Shown: positions 29,467-40,333 of the stretch, piece after piece | How positions within the stretch are numbered: the first letter of the stretch is position 1 | How the letters are laid out: the number at the start of each line of letters is the position of its first letter | Assembly (NCBI GenBank): GCA_031427625.1 | Contig: JANPNV010000002.1 | Location: forward strand, 36,370 to 100,369 | From: Bacteroidota bacterium | Lineage (GTDB): Bacteria > Bacteroidota > Bacteroidia > AKYH767-A > 2013-40CM-41-45 | DNA length: 64,000 bases | Reading direction: 5' to 3' | Notes under the pieces: generated by a model | Seen by the model: only the letters and a program-made list of their open reading frames with translations | Told to the model about the DNA's origin: nothing | The model's database searches: none | Position numbers and translations under genes: made by a program

Positions 29467-30372
29467 TTAAAAAGTTAATACATTTTGTTTTCTAAAAAAA
29501 TGAGACACTACCAGTTCTTTATTTCCTGCTGTGTATGTGTAAAATCCTTCACCTGATTTTACACCCAGCTTTCCTGCCATAACCATATTTACAAGCAGAG
29601 GACAAGGAGCATACTTCGGATTTCCATAACCATCTTGAAGAACACGAAGAATTGAAAGACATACATCAAGTCCGATAAAATCGGCCAGTTGCAAGGGTCC
29701 CATAGGGTGAGCCATTCCTAATTTCATTACTGAATCAATTTCAGAAACTCCGGCAACACTTTCGTAAAGCGAATAAATAGCCTCATTAATCATAGGCAAC
29801 AGGATCCTGTTGGCAACAAAACCAGGATAATCATTTACTTCAACAGGAATCTTATCAAGTTTTCTTGACAAATCAAAAACAAATTTAGTGACCTCATCGG
29901 AAGTTGAATATCCCCGAATAACCTCAACCAGCTTCATGACAGGAACCGGATTCATAAAGTGCATGCCGATTACTTTATCAGGACGCTTTGTCTGGGCTGC
30001 AATTTTAGTAATAGAAATGGAAGAAGTATTCGTCGCCAAGATTGTTTCAGGGCCGCATAACTGATCAAGCTCGCGGAAAATAGAACACTTTAAATCAATA
30101 TTTTCGGTAGCTGCTTCAATTACAAGAGAAGCATCTCTGACACCATCAGAAATTAATGTAAATGATTTTATATTTTTTAACGTTTCTTCTTTTTGCTGAA
30201 CTGTAATTTTTTCTTTTGCAACCATCCTTTCGAGATTTTTGCCAATGGTTTCAATACCCTTCATTAAGGCGTTGGCAGATACATCAATCAGATTAACAGT
30301 GTATCCGTTTTGAGCGAATACATGTGCAATTCCGTTTCCCATGGTGCCGGCTCCGATTACAGAAATTGTCAT
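29467..30372 (-). CDS. hbd: 3-hydroxyacyl-CoA / 3-hydroxybutyryl-CoA dehydrogenase
   Basis: The N-terminal Rossmann motif ISVIGAGTMGNGIA is followed by the 3HCDH fold along the full length. Confidence 0.85.
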   Translation of the reverse strand: MTISVIGAGTMGNGIAHVFAQNGYTVNLIDVSANALMKGIETIGKNLERMVAKEKITVQQKEETLKNIKSFTLISDGVRDASLVIEAATENIDLKCSIFRELDQLCGPETILATNTSSISITKIAAQTKRPDKVIGMHFMNPVPVMKLVEVIRGYSTSDEVTKFVFDLSRKLDKIPVEVNDYPGFVANRILLPMINEAIYSLYESVAGVSEIDSVMKLGMAHPMGPLQLADFIGLDVCLSILRVLQDGYGNPKYAPCPLLVNMVMAGKLGVKSGEGFYTYTAGNKELVVSHFFRKQNVLTF

Positions 30373-30421
30373 TATAGTTAAGTATTAATTAATATTAGTC
30401 TTTATGATAATAGGTGCTTTA

Positions 30422-31846
30422 CTATTTCCCTTTTCTTTTAACAATAATCATTACTGTATAAATCATAATTTTAAAGTCGAGAGCGAGTGACATGTTTTCA
30501 ATATAGATCAGATCATACTTTAATCGTTCGACCATCTGCTTAACATTTTCAGCATAACCGAATTTTACCTGCCCCCACGAAGTAATTCCGGGCCTTACTT
30601 TATGAAGATGTCTGTAATGAGGTGCATATTCCATTATCTGATCAATAAAAAATTGCCGCTCAGGCCGAGGACCAACAATAGACATGTCACCAATAAGCAC
30701 GTTATAAAATTGCGGGATTTCGTCGAGTCGGATTTTTCTCATCCATCTTCCGAATTTCGTCACACGCTGGTCGAACTGACTCGATAGCTGTGGCCCGTGC
30801 TTTTCAGCATCTGAAACCATGGATCGGAATTTATATATTTTAAATGGCTGTCCATGAAGTCCGATCCTTTCATGACTGTAAAAAAGTTTTCCTTTCGATG
30901 TAAACCGAACACCCATCGATGTAACAATATAAACCGGCGAAAGCAGGAGCATGACAACGATTGAAATGGATATGTCAAGAATTCTCTTTACTGATCTTTG
31001 CCATACAGGCATCAGCTGTGGTGAAATCTCAATGAGAGGAGCTCCGAAAATGGCATTCATCTTTACTGACCCTGAAAGTATATCGTACATATCAGGAATT
31101 ATTTTAATAAGTACGGGAAGATCTTCGAGTTCATTAATAATTTTTCCAATGTTGATATGCTCAGACGACTCCAAAGCAATAATAGCTTCTTCGATATGAT
31201 GAGTACGAATTATCTCACGAATATTTCTGATTCCTCCAAGATTTGCCATGTGCTTCGAAAGAAGATGATCATTATTTCCGTCAACATGGACAAAACCGAC
31301 AAACGAATTTCCTTCGGCGATAAATTCCTTTTCCATTTGGTGAAGCAAATGAACAGCATTTGTATTACTGCCAATCATAATCGTATTAAATCTTATTTTC
31401 CTCCTATGTATTCTGCTGATAATTGCACTGCTCAGAATAAACCGGAAAAGGGCAGTAGTGACAAACTGAAGTAAAAAGAGAGTAAGAAAAGTATGATAAT
31501 AGGTACGATAAGATATTACGGTATCGTCGAGCAGTAAAGTAAAAAAGATAATTAAGACTCCGATGATGGATACATAGAGAGTTTGCCCAAGTTCTCGCAA
31601 GCGACTTTTTCTATATACATTCTGATATGATCCTATGAGTGCATATCCTAAAACCCAGCAAATTGGTATTACAATAACTCCCCAAATAAATTTTTTATCC
31701 TGAATTATATTCAGAAAATTAAAATCCATCGCTTCCAAAAAGAGTTTTCTGTAAACGAAGAAAAATGCCCACGCTATTGCAGCTGCAAGCCAGTCAGAAA
31801 AAATAAACTTTATCGTATCTATTCTTTTATTCATTTTAGTATACAA
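30422..31846 (-). CDS. polyprenyl-phosphate glycosylphosphotransferase (WbaP-like initiating sugar transferase)
   Basis: It has N-terminal TM helices and a C-terminal bacterial sugar-transferase domain (KRILDISISIVVMLLLSP...FKIYKFRSM...DEIPQF.NVL.GDMS.VGPRP). Confidence 0.85.
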   Translation of the reverse strand: MYTKMNKRIDTIKFIFSDWLAAAIAWAFFFVYRKLFLEAMDFNFLNIIQDKKFIWGVIVIPICWVLGYALIGSYQNVYRKSRLRELGQTLYVSIIGVLIIFFTLLLDDTVISYRTYYHTFLTLFLLQFVTTALFRFILSSAIISRIHRRKIRFNTIMIGSNTNAVHLLHQMEKEFIAEGNSFVGFVHVDGNNDHLLSKHMANLGGIRNIREIIRTHHIEEAIIALESSEHINIGKIINELEDLPVLIKIIPDMYDILSGSVKMNAIFGAPLIEISPQLMPVWQRSVKRILDISISIVVMLLLSPVYIVTSMGVRFTSKGKLFYSHERIGLHGQPFKIYKFRSMVSDAEKHGPQLSSQFDQRVTKFGRWMRKIRLDEIPQFYNVLIGDMSIVGPRPERQFFIDQIMEYAPHYRHLHKVRPGITSWGQVKFGYAENVKQMVERLKYDLIYIENMSLALDFKIMIYTVMIIVKRKGK

Positions 31847-32702
31847 CCTTTAGGTTATCGAAATAAAGATTAGAAGTGATTTGGGAAGTAGGTTTCTCTG
31901 CATGGATATAAACTTTATAACTGATTCCATCAGTTGCAACTCCACCCAGGCTGCTAATTCCGGCATATATTTTTTTCCATGTCGCAGAGGCGCGTACATT
32001 CAGGAGATCAGATTTAACAACACCGATGGAAGTATTTATAAAAACGCCTATTGTAAAGTCACTTTCGCATTTATAATTTAGTTCAACAAAGGTAGGGATG
32101 CTAATAGGAAGCGAAAATGCACTTGACGAAGCAACTTCAAAAAGTGTGTGATTGTCGTCAAGAACAACCCAACCTGAATTACCTTCAAATGCATTTGGAT
32201 CATTGAGAGGTGTAATCAGCAATGGTACAGATGCCGTGCTTGTTGGAATGAGGGAAAGACTTGCAACATCAAAATCTTCCAGTTGAGGAAACTGTACAGC
32301 GCTTCCATAGGAAATTGTTGGTAAAATGACCAATGATTTTCCTGCTGTCAAATTTACATCCGATGTATAAGAGGAGTATTTAGGATATGCCGCTCTGCTT
32401 CCTGATATTCCATTTTCCATTATTCCGCCTTTAATAATTATGTTATGATTCCCTTCACCAATCAATGGGATATCTGCAGGAAGAGGAAAGGTGCCAAGAT
32501 ATTTGTTGTCGTAAATCACCCAGGCATCAGTTATTTTTTTTGAATTACTTCCTTGTGAAACATAATCCGTTGTTACAGAAATACTGTCGATATGGATATA
32601 AGAGCCCACCGGAGAAGCCGGATCGAATAAAGAACAGGAAGTAAAAGATACTGCTATAAACATGCAGCATAAATAAGAAAGATATTTTATCCTTCGTCTC
32701 AT
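31836..32702 (-). CDS. hypothetical lipoprotein
   Basis: A lipobox (FTSCS) is present. It overlaps its neighbours on both sides and so sits in the same operon as the sugar transferase. Confidence 0.5.
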   Translation of the reverse strand: MRRRIKYLSYLCCMFIAVSFTSCSLFDPASPVGSYIHIDSISVTTDYVSQGSNSKKITDAWVIYDNKYLGTFPLPADIPLIGEGNHNIIIKGGIMENGISGSRAAYPKYSSYTSDVNLTAGKSLVILPTISYGSAVQFPQLEDFDVASLSLIPTSTASVPLLITPLNDPNAFEGNSGWVVLDDNHTLFEVASSSAFSLPISIPTFVELNYKCESDFTIGVFINTSIGVVKSDLLNVRASATWKKIYAGISSLGGVATDGISYKVYIHAEKPTSQITSNLYFDNLKVVY

Positions 32703-33703
32703 CAGGCAAGTATGTTTAAGGAAGAATTGATCTTATCCATGATTTGATGTGCAACAACAAGTGCCTGCAATCCTTCTTCAGCTGTAACTGCTATTGGTTT
32801 TTCATGCAACACTGCATCGATAAATTGCTCCAGTTCCATTTTGATGGCATTGCTATCACTTATTTTCGGCTGATCGAAATAAATAATTTTCGATCCTTTT
32901 TCTTTTCCAAGATCAATGGTAATATCGAGCGGACCCGCTTCGCCAACCAGGTTTTTTAATCGGACAATCTCTGTTTTCTTTTCAAGAAAATCGACTGATA
33001 TATAAGCATCACGCTGGAAGAAGCGACTCTTTCGCATGCTTTTCAGAGAGATGCGACTTGCAGTAAGGTTAGCTACACAGCCATTATCAAATTCAATTCG
33101 TGCATTTGCGATATCAGGAGTATCACTTACAACGGCAACGCCGCTAGCATGAATTCTTTTTACAGGCGATTTAACTACGCTAAGAACAATATCAATATCA
33201 TGGATCATTAAATCATGTACCACCGGTACATCAGTACCTCTTGGATTAAATTCTGCCAATCGATGTGTTTCAATAAATAAAGGTTGTTGAAGAAATGGCC
33301 TTGCGGCGATAAATGCAGGATTGAATCGCTCAACATGACCTATCTGTGCTTTAACGCCTGCTTCAGAAATAAGAGAGACTATTTTCTTTCCCTGATCAAC
33401 GGTATGTGTAAGTGGCTTTTCTATAAATACAGGACGTGACTTTTTTAAAGCCATCACTGCAAACTCAAAATGAGAAGGTGTAGGAGTAACTATATCGATA
33501 GCTTCAGACTCCTCAATCAATTGCATTGCATTATCAAAACTTTTTATTCCGAATTCAGCTGCCACATTCCTGGCATGTTCAGGATTATGATCATAAAATC
33601 CGACAATTTCTGCCGTTGCTATTTCCTTTAAAAGACGCAGATGGATTTTCCCCAAATGACCTGCTCCAATGACACCTATTTTCAACATGTTATTTTTCTT
33701 CAC
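32702..33703 (-). CDS. Gfo/Idh/MocA family NAD(P)-dependent oxidoreductase
   Basis: The N-terminus has the Rossmann motif LKIGVIGAGHLGKIH. The likely true start is the ATG at 33688 (MLKIG...), not the GTG that was called. Confidence 0.85.
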   Translation of the reverse strand: MKKNNMLKIGVIGAGHLGKIHLRLLKEIATAEIVGFYDHNPEHARNVAAEFGIKSFDNAMQLIEESEAIDIVTPTPSHFEFAVMALKKSRPVFIEKPLTHTVDQGKKIVSLISEAGVKAQIGHVERFNPAFIAARPFLQQPLFIETHRLAEFNPRGTDVPVVHDLMIHDIDIVLSVVKSPVKRIHASGVAVVSDTPDIANARIEFDNGCVANLTASRISLKSMRKSRFFQRDAYISVDFLEKKTEIVRLKNLVGEAGPLDITIDLGKEKGSKIIYFDQPKISDSNAIKMELEQFIDAVLHEKPIAVTAEEGLQALVVAHQIMDKINSSLNILA

Positions 33704-33821
33704 ACACTTCGCGCGAAATTAGCAAATATTCAGGCGGCGAAAAGGAAAGTCTGGCTTATTAAATTGTAATTTTGTCAATATTTAGATAATCATCAGATAA
33801 AAACGACACCTTTTCAAGCAA

Positions 33822-34499
33822 ATGGCGAAAATATTACAGCTACCGGAGGATACTCATAAACATCAGGGGATGCGGAATAAACTGATCGAAGTGATCAGAA
33901 ACAAAGGAATAAAGGATGAAAAGGTTATTCAGGCCATGTCCAAGGTTCCGCGTCATTACTTCTTTGACCAGGCATTTCTTAATCAGGCATATTCAGATCA
34001 TGCTTTCAAGATTGGGGCCGGTCAAACTATTTCACAGCCATTTACAGTTGCCTTCCAGACTTCCTTGTTGCAGATTAACAAAGGTGATAAGATTTTAGAG
34101 ATCGGTACCGGTAGTGGTTACCAGACCTGCATACTTCATGAAATGGGGGCAAAGGTTTTTTCAATTGAACGACAAAAGGAATTGCACGATTCCGCGAAGT
34201 CACTATTAACATTGATGAACTACTCGCATAAATTATTTTATGGTGATGGCTTTAAAGGCTTACCAGCATATGCACCGTTCGACAAAATATTAGTCACCTG
34301 TGGTGCACCTTTTATTCCGGAGGATTTAATTAATCAATTGAAAATCGGAGGGATAATGGTAATACCGGTTGGAGCAGGTGAAGTACAGGTAATGACATTA
34401 ATTACAAAAACTGATGAAAATCAATATGAGGAAAAACAGTTTCAGGAATTTAGATTTGTACCGATGCTTGAAAATAAGGAGTGGGGGACTACAAAATAA
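33822..34499 (+). CDS. pcm: protein-L-isoaspartate O-methyltransferase
   Basis: The PIMT motifs QTISQP and ILEIGTGSGYQT are present. Confidence 0.85.
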   Translation: MAKILQLPEDTHKHQGMRNKLIEVIRNKGIKDEKVIQAMSKVPRHYFFDQAFLNQAYSDHAFKIGAGQTISQPFTVAFQTSLLQINKGDKILEIGTGSGYQTCILHEMGAKVFSIERQKELHDSAKSLLTLMNYSHKLFYGDGFKGLPAYAPFDKILVTCGAPFIPEDLINQLKIGGIMVIPVGAGEVQVMTLITKTDENQYEEKQFQEFRFVPMLENKEWGTTK

Positions 34500-34536
34500 T
34501 TTTTCTGATTAGCTGAAGGATACCAAACAATCATAA

Positions 34537-34577
34537 AACGAAAAAGGAGAATACCATTGGCATTCTCCTTTTTCGTT
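34537..34577. terminator. bidirectional hairpin terminator between the convergent pcm and lipoprotein genes
   Basis: A perfect 16-bp stem (aacgaaaaaggagaat / attctcctttttcgtt) surrounds the 9-nt loop accattggc. Confidence 0.6.
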
Positions 34578-34589
34578 ATGTAATATACT

Positions 34590-35240
34590 TTATTGTTTAA
34601 CGAATGTTCTGGTCGACGGTCCAAAGCCAGATGCAGCAACCTTATATCTAAAAGTTATTGGAGGAGGATTTGTAACTAACACTTCATTCGTACATTCTAT
34701 TGATAGTCCGTTATATGTTGTCTGTAAAGGAACATCAATGGAAGTAGTATCAGGAGTTAACATATATACTGGAACGGCTGAAGAACCACCTACGTGATCG
34801 AATATATACAGTCCATTATCCATTCTGATAAGTTTAGCGACAACACCTGTTGCTGCTCTTAAATAATTACCAGAAATATCAAATGCAGGATCTAATCCAA
34901 CTGGTGGAGTATAGTCCAGAACCAATACACCACGAGTGGCCTGGGTTCTGAAACCATTTGCATTTGCAGCAATATATTTTACGGCATACAAACCGGGAGT
35001 CGTTACATCCAATTCACTTTCTGTAGCACTTACTTGTGACGATGCTCCAGTGATATCATCAATTAATGTTGCGCCTTGATCGACAAAAGTTCCGCCAACA
35101 GGGATGTGAATAAAATCTGCACCATTAAGTGTTACAGTAGGATAGGAAACGGTCACAACAGTTGATACAACTGCAGGATCTTTTTTACAGGCAGAAAATG
35201 ATGCTACTGCCATTAAAATTATTATGATTGATTTTCTCAT
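34590..35240 (-). CDS. hypothetical lipoprotein downstream of SusD (in the SusE/F-like position)
   Basis: It has a lipobox (SFSACKK) and is co-directional with, and immediately 3' of, the SusC/SusD pair. Confidence 0.5.
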   Translation of the reverse strand: MRKSIIIILMAVASFSACKKDPAVVSTVVTVSYPTVTLNGADFIHIPVGGTFVDQGATLIDDITGASSQVSATESELDVTTPGLYAVKYIAANANGFRTQATRGVLVLDYTPPVGLDPAFDISGNYLRAATGVVAKLIRMDNGLYIFDHVGGSSAVPVYMLTPDTTSIDVPLQTTYNGLSIECTNEVLVTNPPPITFRYKVAASGFGPSTRTFVKQ

Positions 35241-35267
35241 AGTTTTCTTTTTAATTTTTTTAATTAA

Positions 35268-36740
35268 TTAGTTTACGTCCCACCAAACTTTATCATAAAT
35301 AAGTTTCTGCCTTGGGAAACTGCCATTACGTGTTTCCTCGCTACTAGGGTAGTAGAACCTGTTAGGAAAACGATTTGGACCGATGATAGAATTTGTCGAA
35401 ATAGTAAAGAAGTCAGGATATCCTGTTCTTCTCCATTCTGTCCAACCTTCAGTACCAGAATTACCAGCAAATGCAGCCCACTTCTGAGTGATGATTGCTT
35501 TTATCTTATCTTCAGTTGTACCACCAGCAGGGAAAGCAACATTTGGTTGCGCATAAAATCCGGTTGCGAATGTATCAGTTACTCCAAAAGATGAGAAACT
35601 TTCTGAAATGGCTTCTTCATACAATGCCTGCGCATCGCCAGTCATCCATCCTCGTGCTACGGCTTCCGACTGAAGGAATAAACTCTCATAACCAGTCATT
35701 AATCTTACCGGAGCTGAAGAAGAGGCGGGATCTCCACCATCACCACCGGTTGCAGCACCGGGAATACTAACTGGAGTACCTGCAGGTAATGTATATTCTC
35801 CCTGGGGAATTCCAACTTGTGATCCATTTAATGCCGGAGCATAAAATGCATCCAGACGTGGATCATCATTGCTTAAGAAATAATTAACTCCTGTTGCGCT
35901 TGCAACTAAGTTCTGTGTGCTGCTCAATCCGATTATAGAAGAGTAAAGTGGATTTGTGTTTCCACCTGTTGTAGTATAATCTATTCTCGCTTCTTCTCCT
36001 GAACCAAGGAAAACTGCTCCTGAAGCTTCAAGAGCCGCAATACCAGCCTGAGCTGTACCCGGATCAACATAAGCCATTCTCAAATAGACGCGAAGTTTCA
36101 GAGTGTTTCCGAATGCTCTCCATTGTGTCATGTCGCCATGCAACAATAAATCTTCTTCTCCCGGTACTAAATCAGAGTTCTCATCAATGACTGCATCAGC
36201 TTCTTCAAGAAGTTTTATGATTCCAGCGTATACAGATTGTTGAGAATCGTAACGAGGAGATAATATAAGCTCATCTGCACGCAATGCTTCTGAGAAAGGA
36301 ATATCTCCAAAGTCATCAGTCAGCAACTGATAAGTATATGCCTGAAGAATTTTAGAACAACCGACATAATTAGGAAGATTTGAGGCAGTAGCTTTTGTAA
36401 TAATTACCTTAAGATCGAATAATGCATCTGCATAAAGTGCTTTCCATGGACGATCGAAATCGTTTGCAGCAGGTGAATATTGTTCAATCGTTTTGTACTG
36501 TGATGAATTAGGGCTTTGAGTCCAGTACTGACCCCAAAGTCCGCCGAATATCTGGAAATTATTTCCAACCACATGAGCAATTGCCGCTTCTGCTGATGGC
36601 AATAGTTCCTTTACAGAAACATCAGAAGGATCATTTGGATTCGTATTGATATCCAAAAAACTCTTTTTGCAGGAAGTAACCGAACCAAAAACGATAGCGC
36701 CAGCAAGTATGAATTGTATTAATATTTTATTTTTTTTCAT
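35268..36740 (-). CDS. SusD/RagB family nutrient-binding outer membrane lipoprotein
   Basis: The lipobox (VTSCKKSFLDINTNPN) and full length fit a SusD-like protein, and it is encoded directly after SusC. Confidence 0.85.
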   Translation of the reverse strand: MKKNKILIQFILAGAIVFGSVTSCKKSFLDINTNPNDPSDVSVKELLPSAEAAIAHVVGNNFQIFGGLWGQYWTQSPNSSQYKTIEQYSPAANDFDRPWKALYADALFDLKVIITKATASNLPNYVGCSKILQAYTYQLLTDDFGDIPFSEALRADELILSPRYDSQQSVYAGIIKLLEEADAVIDENSDLVPGEEDLLLHGDMTQWRAFGNTLKLRVYLRMAYVDPGTAQAGIAALEASGAVFLGSGEEARIDYTTTGGNTNPLYSSIIGLSSTQNLVASATGVNYFLSNDDPRLDAFYAPALNGSQVGIPQGEYTLPAGTPVSIPGAATGGDGGDPASSSAPVRLMTGYESLFLQSEAVARGWMTGDAQALYEEAISESFSSFGVTDTFATGFYAQPNVAFPAGGTTEDKIKAIITQKWAAFAGNSGTEGWTEWRRTGYPDFFTISTNSIIGPNRFPNRFYYPSSEETRNGSFPRQKLIYDKVWWDVN

Positions 36741-36760
36741 AATTTCTTTTTTTGCCTTAA

Positions 36761-39700
36761 TTAGAAAGTAATTTTCAAATCAACACCGAAATTTCTCTGC
36801 GAAGGATTTGATGTAAACTCAAAACCCTGAGCATTACTTGCTCCGGCTGAATTTTGTTCAGGATCAGCAAACTCATTTTCTTTTGCAGTCCAGATAGCCA
36901 TGTTATTTCCAAAAAATGTCAGACTTGCACTTCCAAACGGAGTCTTGTTCAACCAGCGTGAAGGAAACATATACGAAAGATGTACCTCTCGCAGTTTTAC
37001 GTAACTGGCATCTACAATATGCTGTCCGTCAGGTATAACATTTGTAAAATAGTTGTATGGATGATAAGTTCTGTCAGAATTAGCAACTATTGGATTTCCA
37101 TCTGCTTCGCTAACATATACTGAATTCGGCCAGACATGATCTAAACGGTCTTCAGTTTCTTTAGCTGTTCCTACAAAATCCATAACGTCTTTCGTTCGTG
37201 ATGAAAACTGACCACCCTCTTTCATATCGAATAAGAATCCCAACGACCATCCTTTGAAGGAGAAGTTTGATCCAAATGATGCCTGAAATTTTGGTTGATA
37301 GTTTCCTACATATACAAGATTAGCTGTAGTTTGAGGCATACCTGTAGCCGAATCAACAATCACTCTTCCTTGAGCATCTTTAAGGAGATCAACTGCATAA
37401 AATGAACCGAGTGGTTGACCAACCTGAGCAACAATTGCAGTACGTGATGTTCCGCCAAGAGGTAACTGTTGAACACCGCCGGTAAGCGAAACAACCTTGT
37501 TATTATTTTTAAAATAAGTTGCAAAAGCTTCCCACTTAAATCCTGATTTTGTTAAAACTGGAGTTCCACGAACCTCTAGTTCGATACCATCATTTTTCAA
37601 CTCACCGGTATTAATAGTTTTGCTTGTGTAACCTGTTGATGGAGTAAGAGGAATATTAATAATCTGATTAGTAGATTTCTTTGTATACCATGAGAAACCG
37701 ATGCTCATTCTGTCTTTCAATAGTCCGATATCAGTACCTATCTCAAGCTCAGTAGAAAACTCAGGAGTCAAAAGAGGATTTCCTACACGATCACCGGAGG
37801 TAAATCCATTAACAGTACCGAAAGGGAACACAGTAGAACCAAAACCACCATCGATTGTTGTCTTGGTAAAAACACTACTGGTTTGATAGGCACTTGCATC
37901 GTTACCCACCTTTGCATAGCTGGCGCGGATTTTCCAATAAGTAAAGTAATTGTCTTTCAGATTAGAGTTAAAAAACTCTGATGGGATGAATGATACATTT
38001 CCGCCTGGATAGAAATATGTATTGTTTTCAGGAACAAGAGTTGATGACTTATCAACCCGAGCAGTTGCTCCGGCAAAAAGATAATTTTTATACGAAAGAC
38101 TTAGGTCAGCATAAAAGCCATAATTCCTGGTTTTAGTCAAATCGTTTCTTCCTACTATTGGACCATTACTATTTTCAAGATTATAATATCCCGGGATTCC
38201 TAATCCACCATCAGCATTAGTTTCAGCAGATGTTTCAGTAATTGTAGTTTGTCGTACATTATTACCTAATATTAAATTTCCGGAAATATCATCGTTAATC
38301 TTATGTTTAAAATTAAACATCAGGTCATTGTTATAGCTTGTAAAGTTAAAAAGGTCTTCGCCATATTTTCCCTGAAACACCTGATCGTTTCCTGCATAAA
38401 ATGGATCGATAGGAGAGTAGCTATATTTTTTCCACTTCTGATAACGACGATCACCAAATACATCTCCACCTAAACGATTGGTAATTGATAGCCAATCCCA
38501 GCCATTATAAGTAACTGATATGTTTCCAATAATCCTGTCTACATTGGATGTATTCTGGAAATTTTGAAGAACGAAATATGGATTGACTGTGTACGCTCCA
38601 TAAAATCCATATAAACCTGTCGCATCATTATATGCATTATAAGGATTGTCAAGGTCTTTGCCTTCTGTAATTGGAATATCTCTTGGAGTCTGAATAATCT
38701 GATCATATATAGATGCATCTCTTTGACCACCACTTGGCAGGTTACCTGAAATATTTGTATAGTTCAAAGAAATACCTGTTGTAAATTTATTCGACAATTC
38801 AGAATTACCATTAAAGTGAATGTTGTATTTGTCATATTTGTTCGTTGGAATAATTGCCTTATTGTTATCAGAAGAAACAGAAAGGAAATAATCACTCTTC
38901 TCAGATCCACCTGAAAAAGAAAGGGTGTTCTTATATCCAACACCGATATCGAAAAAATCGCGCATATTATTTGGTAGAGCAGAGTATGGTTTGATTCTTT
39001 GCTTGCCATCTATCTCCTGACCCCACGGACGATTTTTACCGTCAAATGGTAATCCCCAGCTGAAGTTCTCTCTTCTGTCATCTATTACATTATCTAAATC
39101 CCCTTGGCCATAAGAATTCTGGAAATCAGGATATTTCAAAACGGTAGAGAAAGTAACTCCAGAATTTAGAGTTACCTCCATTTTGGATTTACCTGAACCG
39201 GCAACTCTTCTGCCTTTTTTTGTTGTAATCATAATGACTCCGTTAGAAGCACGTGAACCATAAAGAGCAGCTGCTGCAGGTCCCTTTAATACAGAAACTG
39301 ATTCTATATCATCAGGATTAAGGTCATTACCCCTTACACCATAATCAACCTGATTGTTTAAGTCATCACCTGTTCTGAAATTAGCATTACTAATTGGAAT
39401 TCCATCTACCACAAAAATTGGTTGATTATTACCATTAATCGAAGTTCCACCGCGAATAACAATTCGCTGAGAACTTCCTGCACCACCTGTTAAAGAGGTA
39501 ATGTTAACTCCGGCAACTTTTCCCTGAAGGGCACCGATTACGTTTTTGTTTTCTCCTGCAGAAAGATCAGCGCTTGTAATCTGCTGTGTTGAGTAGCCGA
39601 GACTTCTCTTCTCTCTGGTAATTGCATTAGCCGTGACTACGACTTCGTCAAGTTTTAAAACATTTGCATCCATTGTGATGTCAGCCACATTGGAAGCTGT

Positions 39701-39958
39701 TAATAAAAAATCCTTCGTCTTCATCCCAACGGCAGAAAATCGAAGTGTTTTAACATCTGCACCTACCGTTAACTTGTAGTTGCCATCAATGTCAGTTACT
39801 GTTCCTGAAGATGTTCCGGGAACAATTATGCTGACACCGGGAATTCCGAGGTTATCCTGCGAGGATATGACCTTTCCGGTAATGGTTCTGTCTTGCGCAT
39901 TTGCATGATGGCATAGAATAGCCAACAGTAGCGCGATTAGCGTACTTACTTTTCTCAT
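36761..39958 (-). CDS. SusC/RagA family TonB-linked outer membrane transporter
   Basis: A signal peptide is followed by a CarbopepD_reg-like domain (ITGKVISSQ...GVSIIVPGTSSGTVTDIDGNYKL), a TonB box (DEVVVTA), a plug and barrel, and a C-terminal ...ITF. Confidence 0.9.
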   Translation of the reverse strand: MRKVSTLIALLLAILCHHANAQDRTITGKVISSQDNLGIPGVSIIVPGTSSGTVTDIDGNYKLTVGADVKTLRFSAVGMKTKDFLLTASNVADITMDANVLKLDEVVVTANAITREKRSLGYSTQQITSADLSAGENKNVIGALQGKVAGVNITSLTGGAGSSQRIVIRGGTSINGNNQPIFVVDGIPISNANFRTGDDLNNQVDYGVRGNDLNPDDIESVSVLKGPAAAALYGSRASNGVIMITTKKGRRVAGSGKSKMEVTLNSGVTFSTVLKYPDFQNSYGQGDLDNVIDDRRENFSWGLPFDGKNRPWGQEIDGKQRIKPYSALPNNMRDFFDIGVGYKNTLSFSGGSEKSDYFLSVSSDNNKAIIPTNKYDKYNIHFNGNSELSNKFTTGISLNYTNISGNLPSGGQRDASIYDQIIQTPRDIPITEGKDLDNPYNAYNDATGLYGFYGAYTVNPYFVLQNFQNTSNVDRIIGNISVTYNGWDWLSITNRLGGDVFGDRRYQKWKKYSYSPIDPFYAGNDQVFQGKYGEDLFNFTSYNNDLMFNFKHKINDDISGNLILGNNVRQTTITETSAETNADGGLGIPGYYNLENSNGPIVGRNDLTKTRNYGFYADLSLSYKNYLFAGATARVDKSSTLVPENNTYFYPGGNVSFIPSEFFNSNLKDNYFTYWKIRASYAKVGNDASAYQTSSVFTKTTIDGGFGSTVFPFGTVNGFTSGDRVGNPLLTPEFSTELEIGTDIGLLKDRMSIGFSWYTKKSTNQIINIPLTPSTGYTSKTINTGELKNDGIELEVRGTPVLTKSGFKWEAFATYFKNNNKVVSLTGGVQQLPLGGTSRTAIVAQVGQPLGSFYAVDLLKDAQGRVIVDSATGMPQTTANLVYVGNYQPKFQASFGSNFSFKGWSLGFLFDMKEGGQFSSRTKDVMDFVGTAKETEDRLDHVWPNSVYVSEADGNPIVANSDRTYHPYNYFTNVIPDGQHIVDASYVKLREVHLSYMFPSRWLNKTPFGSASLTFFGNNMAIWTAKENEFADPEQNSAGASNAQGFEFTSNPSQRNFGVDLKITF

Positions 39959-40333
39959 AGAAGTTAGTTTTGGTTAACAAAATATCCTTGAAATTTCGGT
40001 CAATTTATAAAAATTAATATAAGAGTTAACTATAATTAACATTAAATATAAAGAAAAAACAACTCAATCTGTTGATAATAAATTTAATAATCTGCATTTT
40101 TAAACACTATTTTAAATATTTGATAAAAAACCTAAAAACATTGACGAATAGAGTTAGGCAAAAGCAATCCTTAAACTAAAATTTTAAATTCCTTTGATTT
40201 TAATTATTGAACTGATTACAAGGAGTATGAACAACTGATAGTGTAAAAATATAATTAAAAACTTGACTGGTATTTTTATTCAAGCGTAAATTCGCCCTAA
40301 TTATACAAACTAAACCCAAAAAAACACAGAAAA

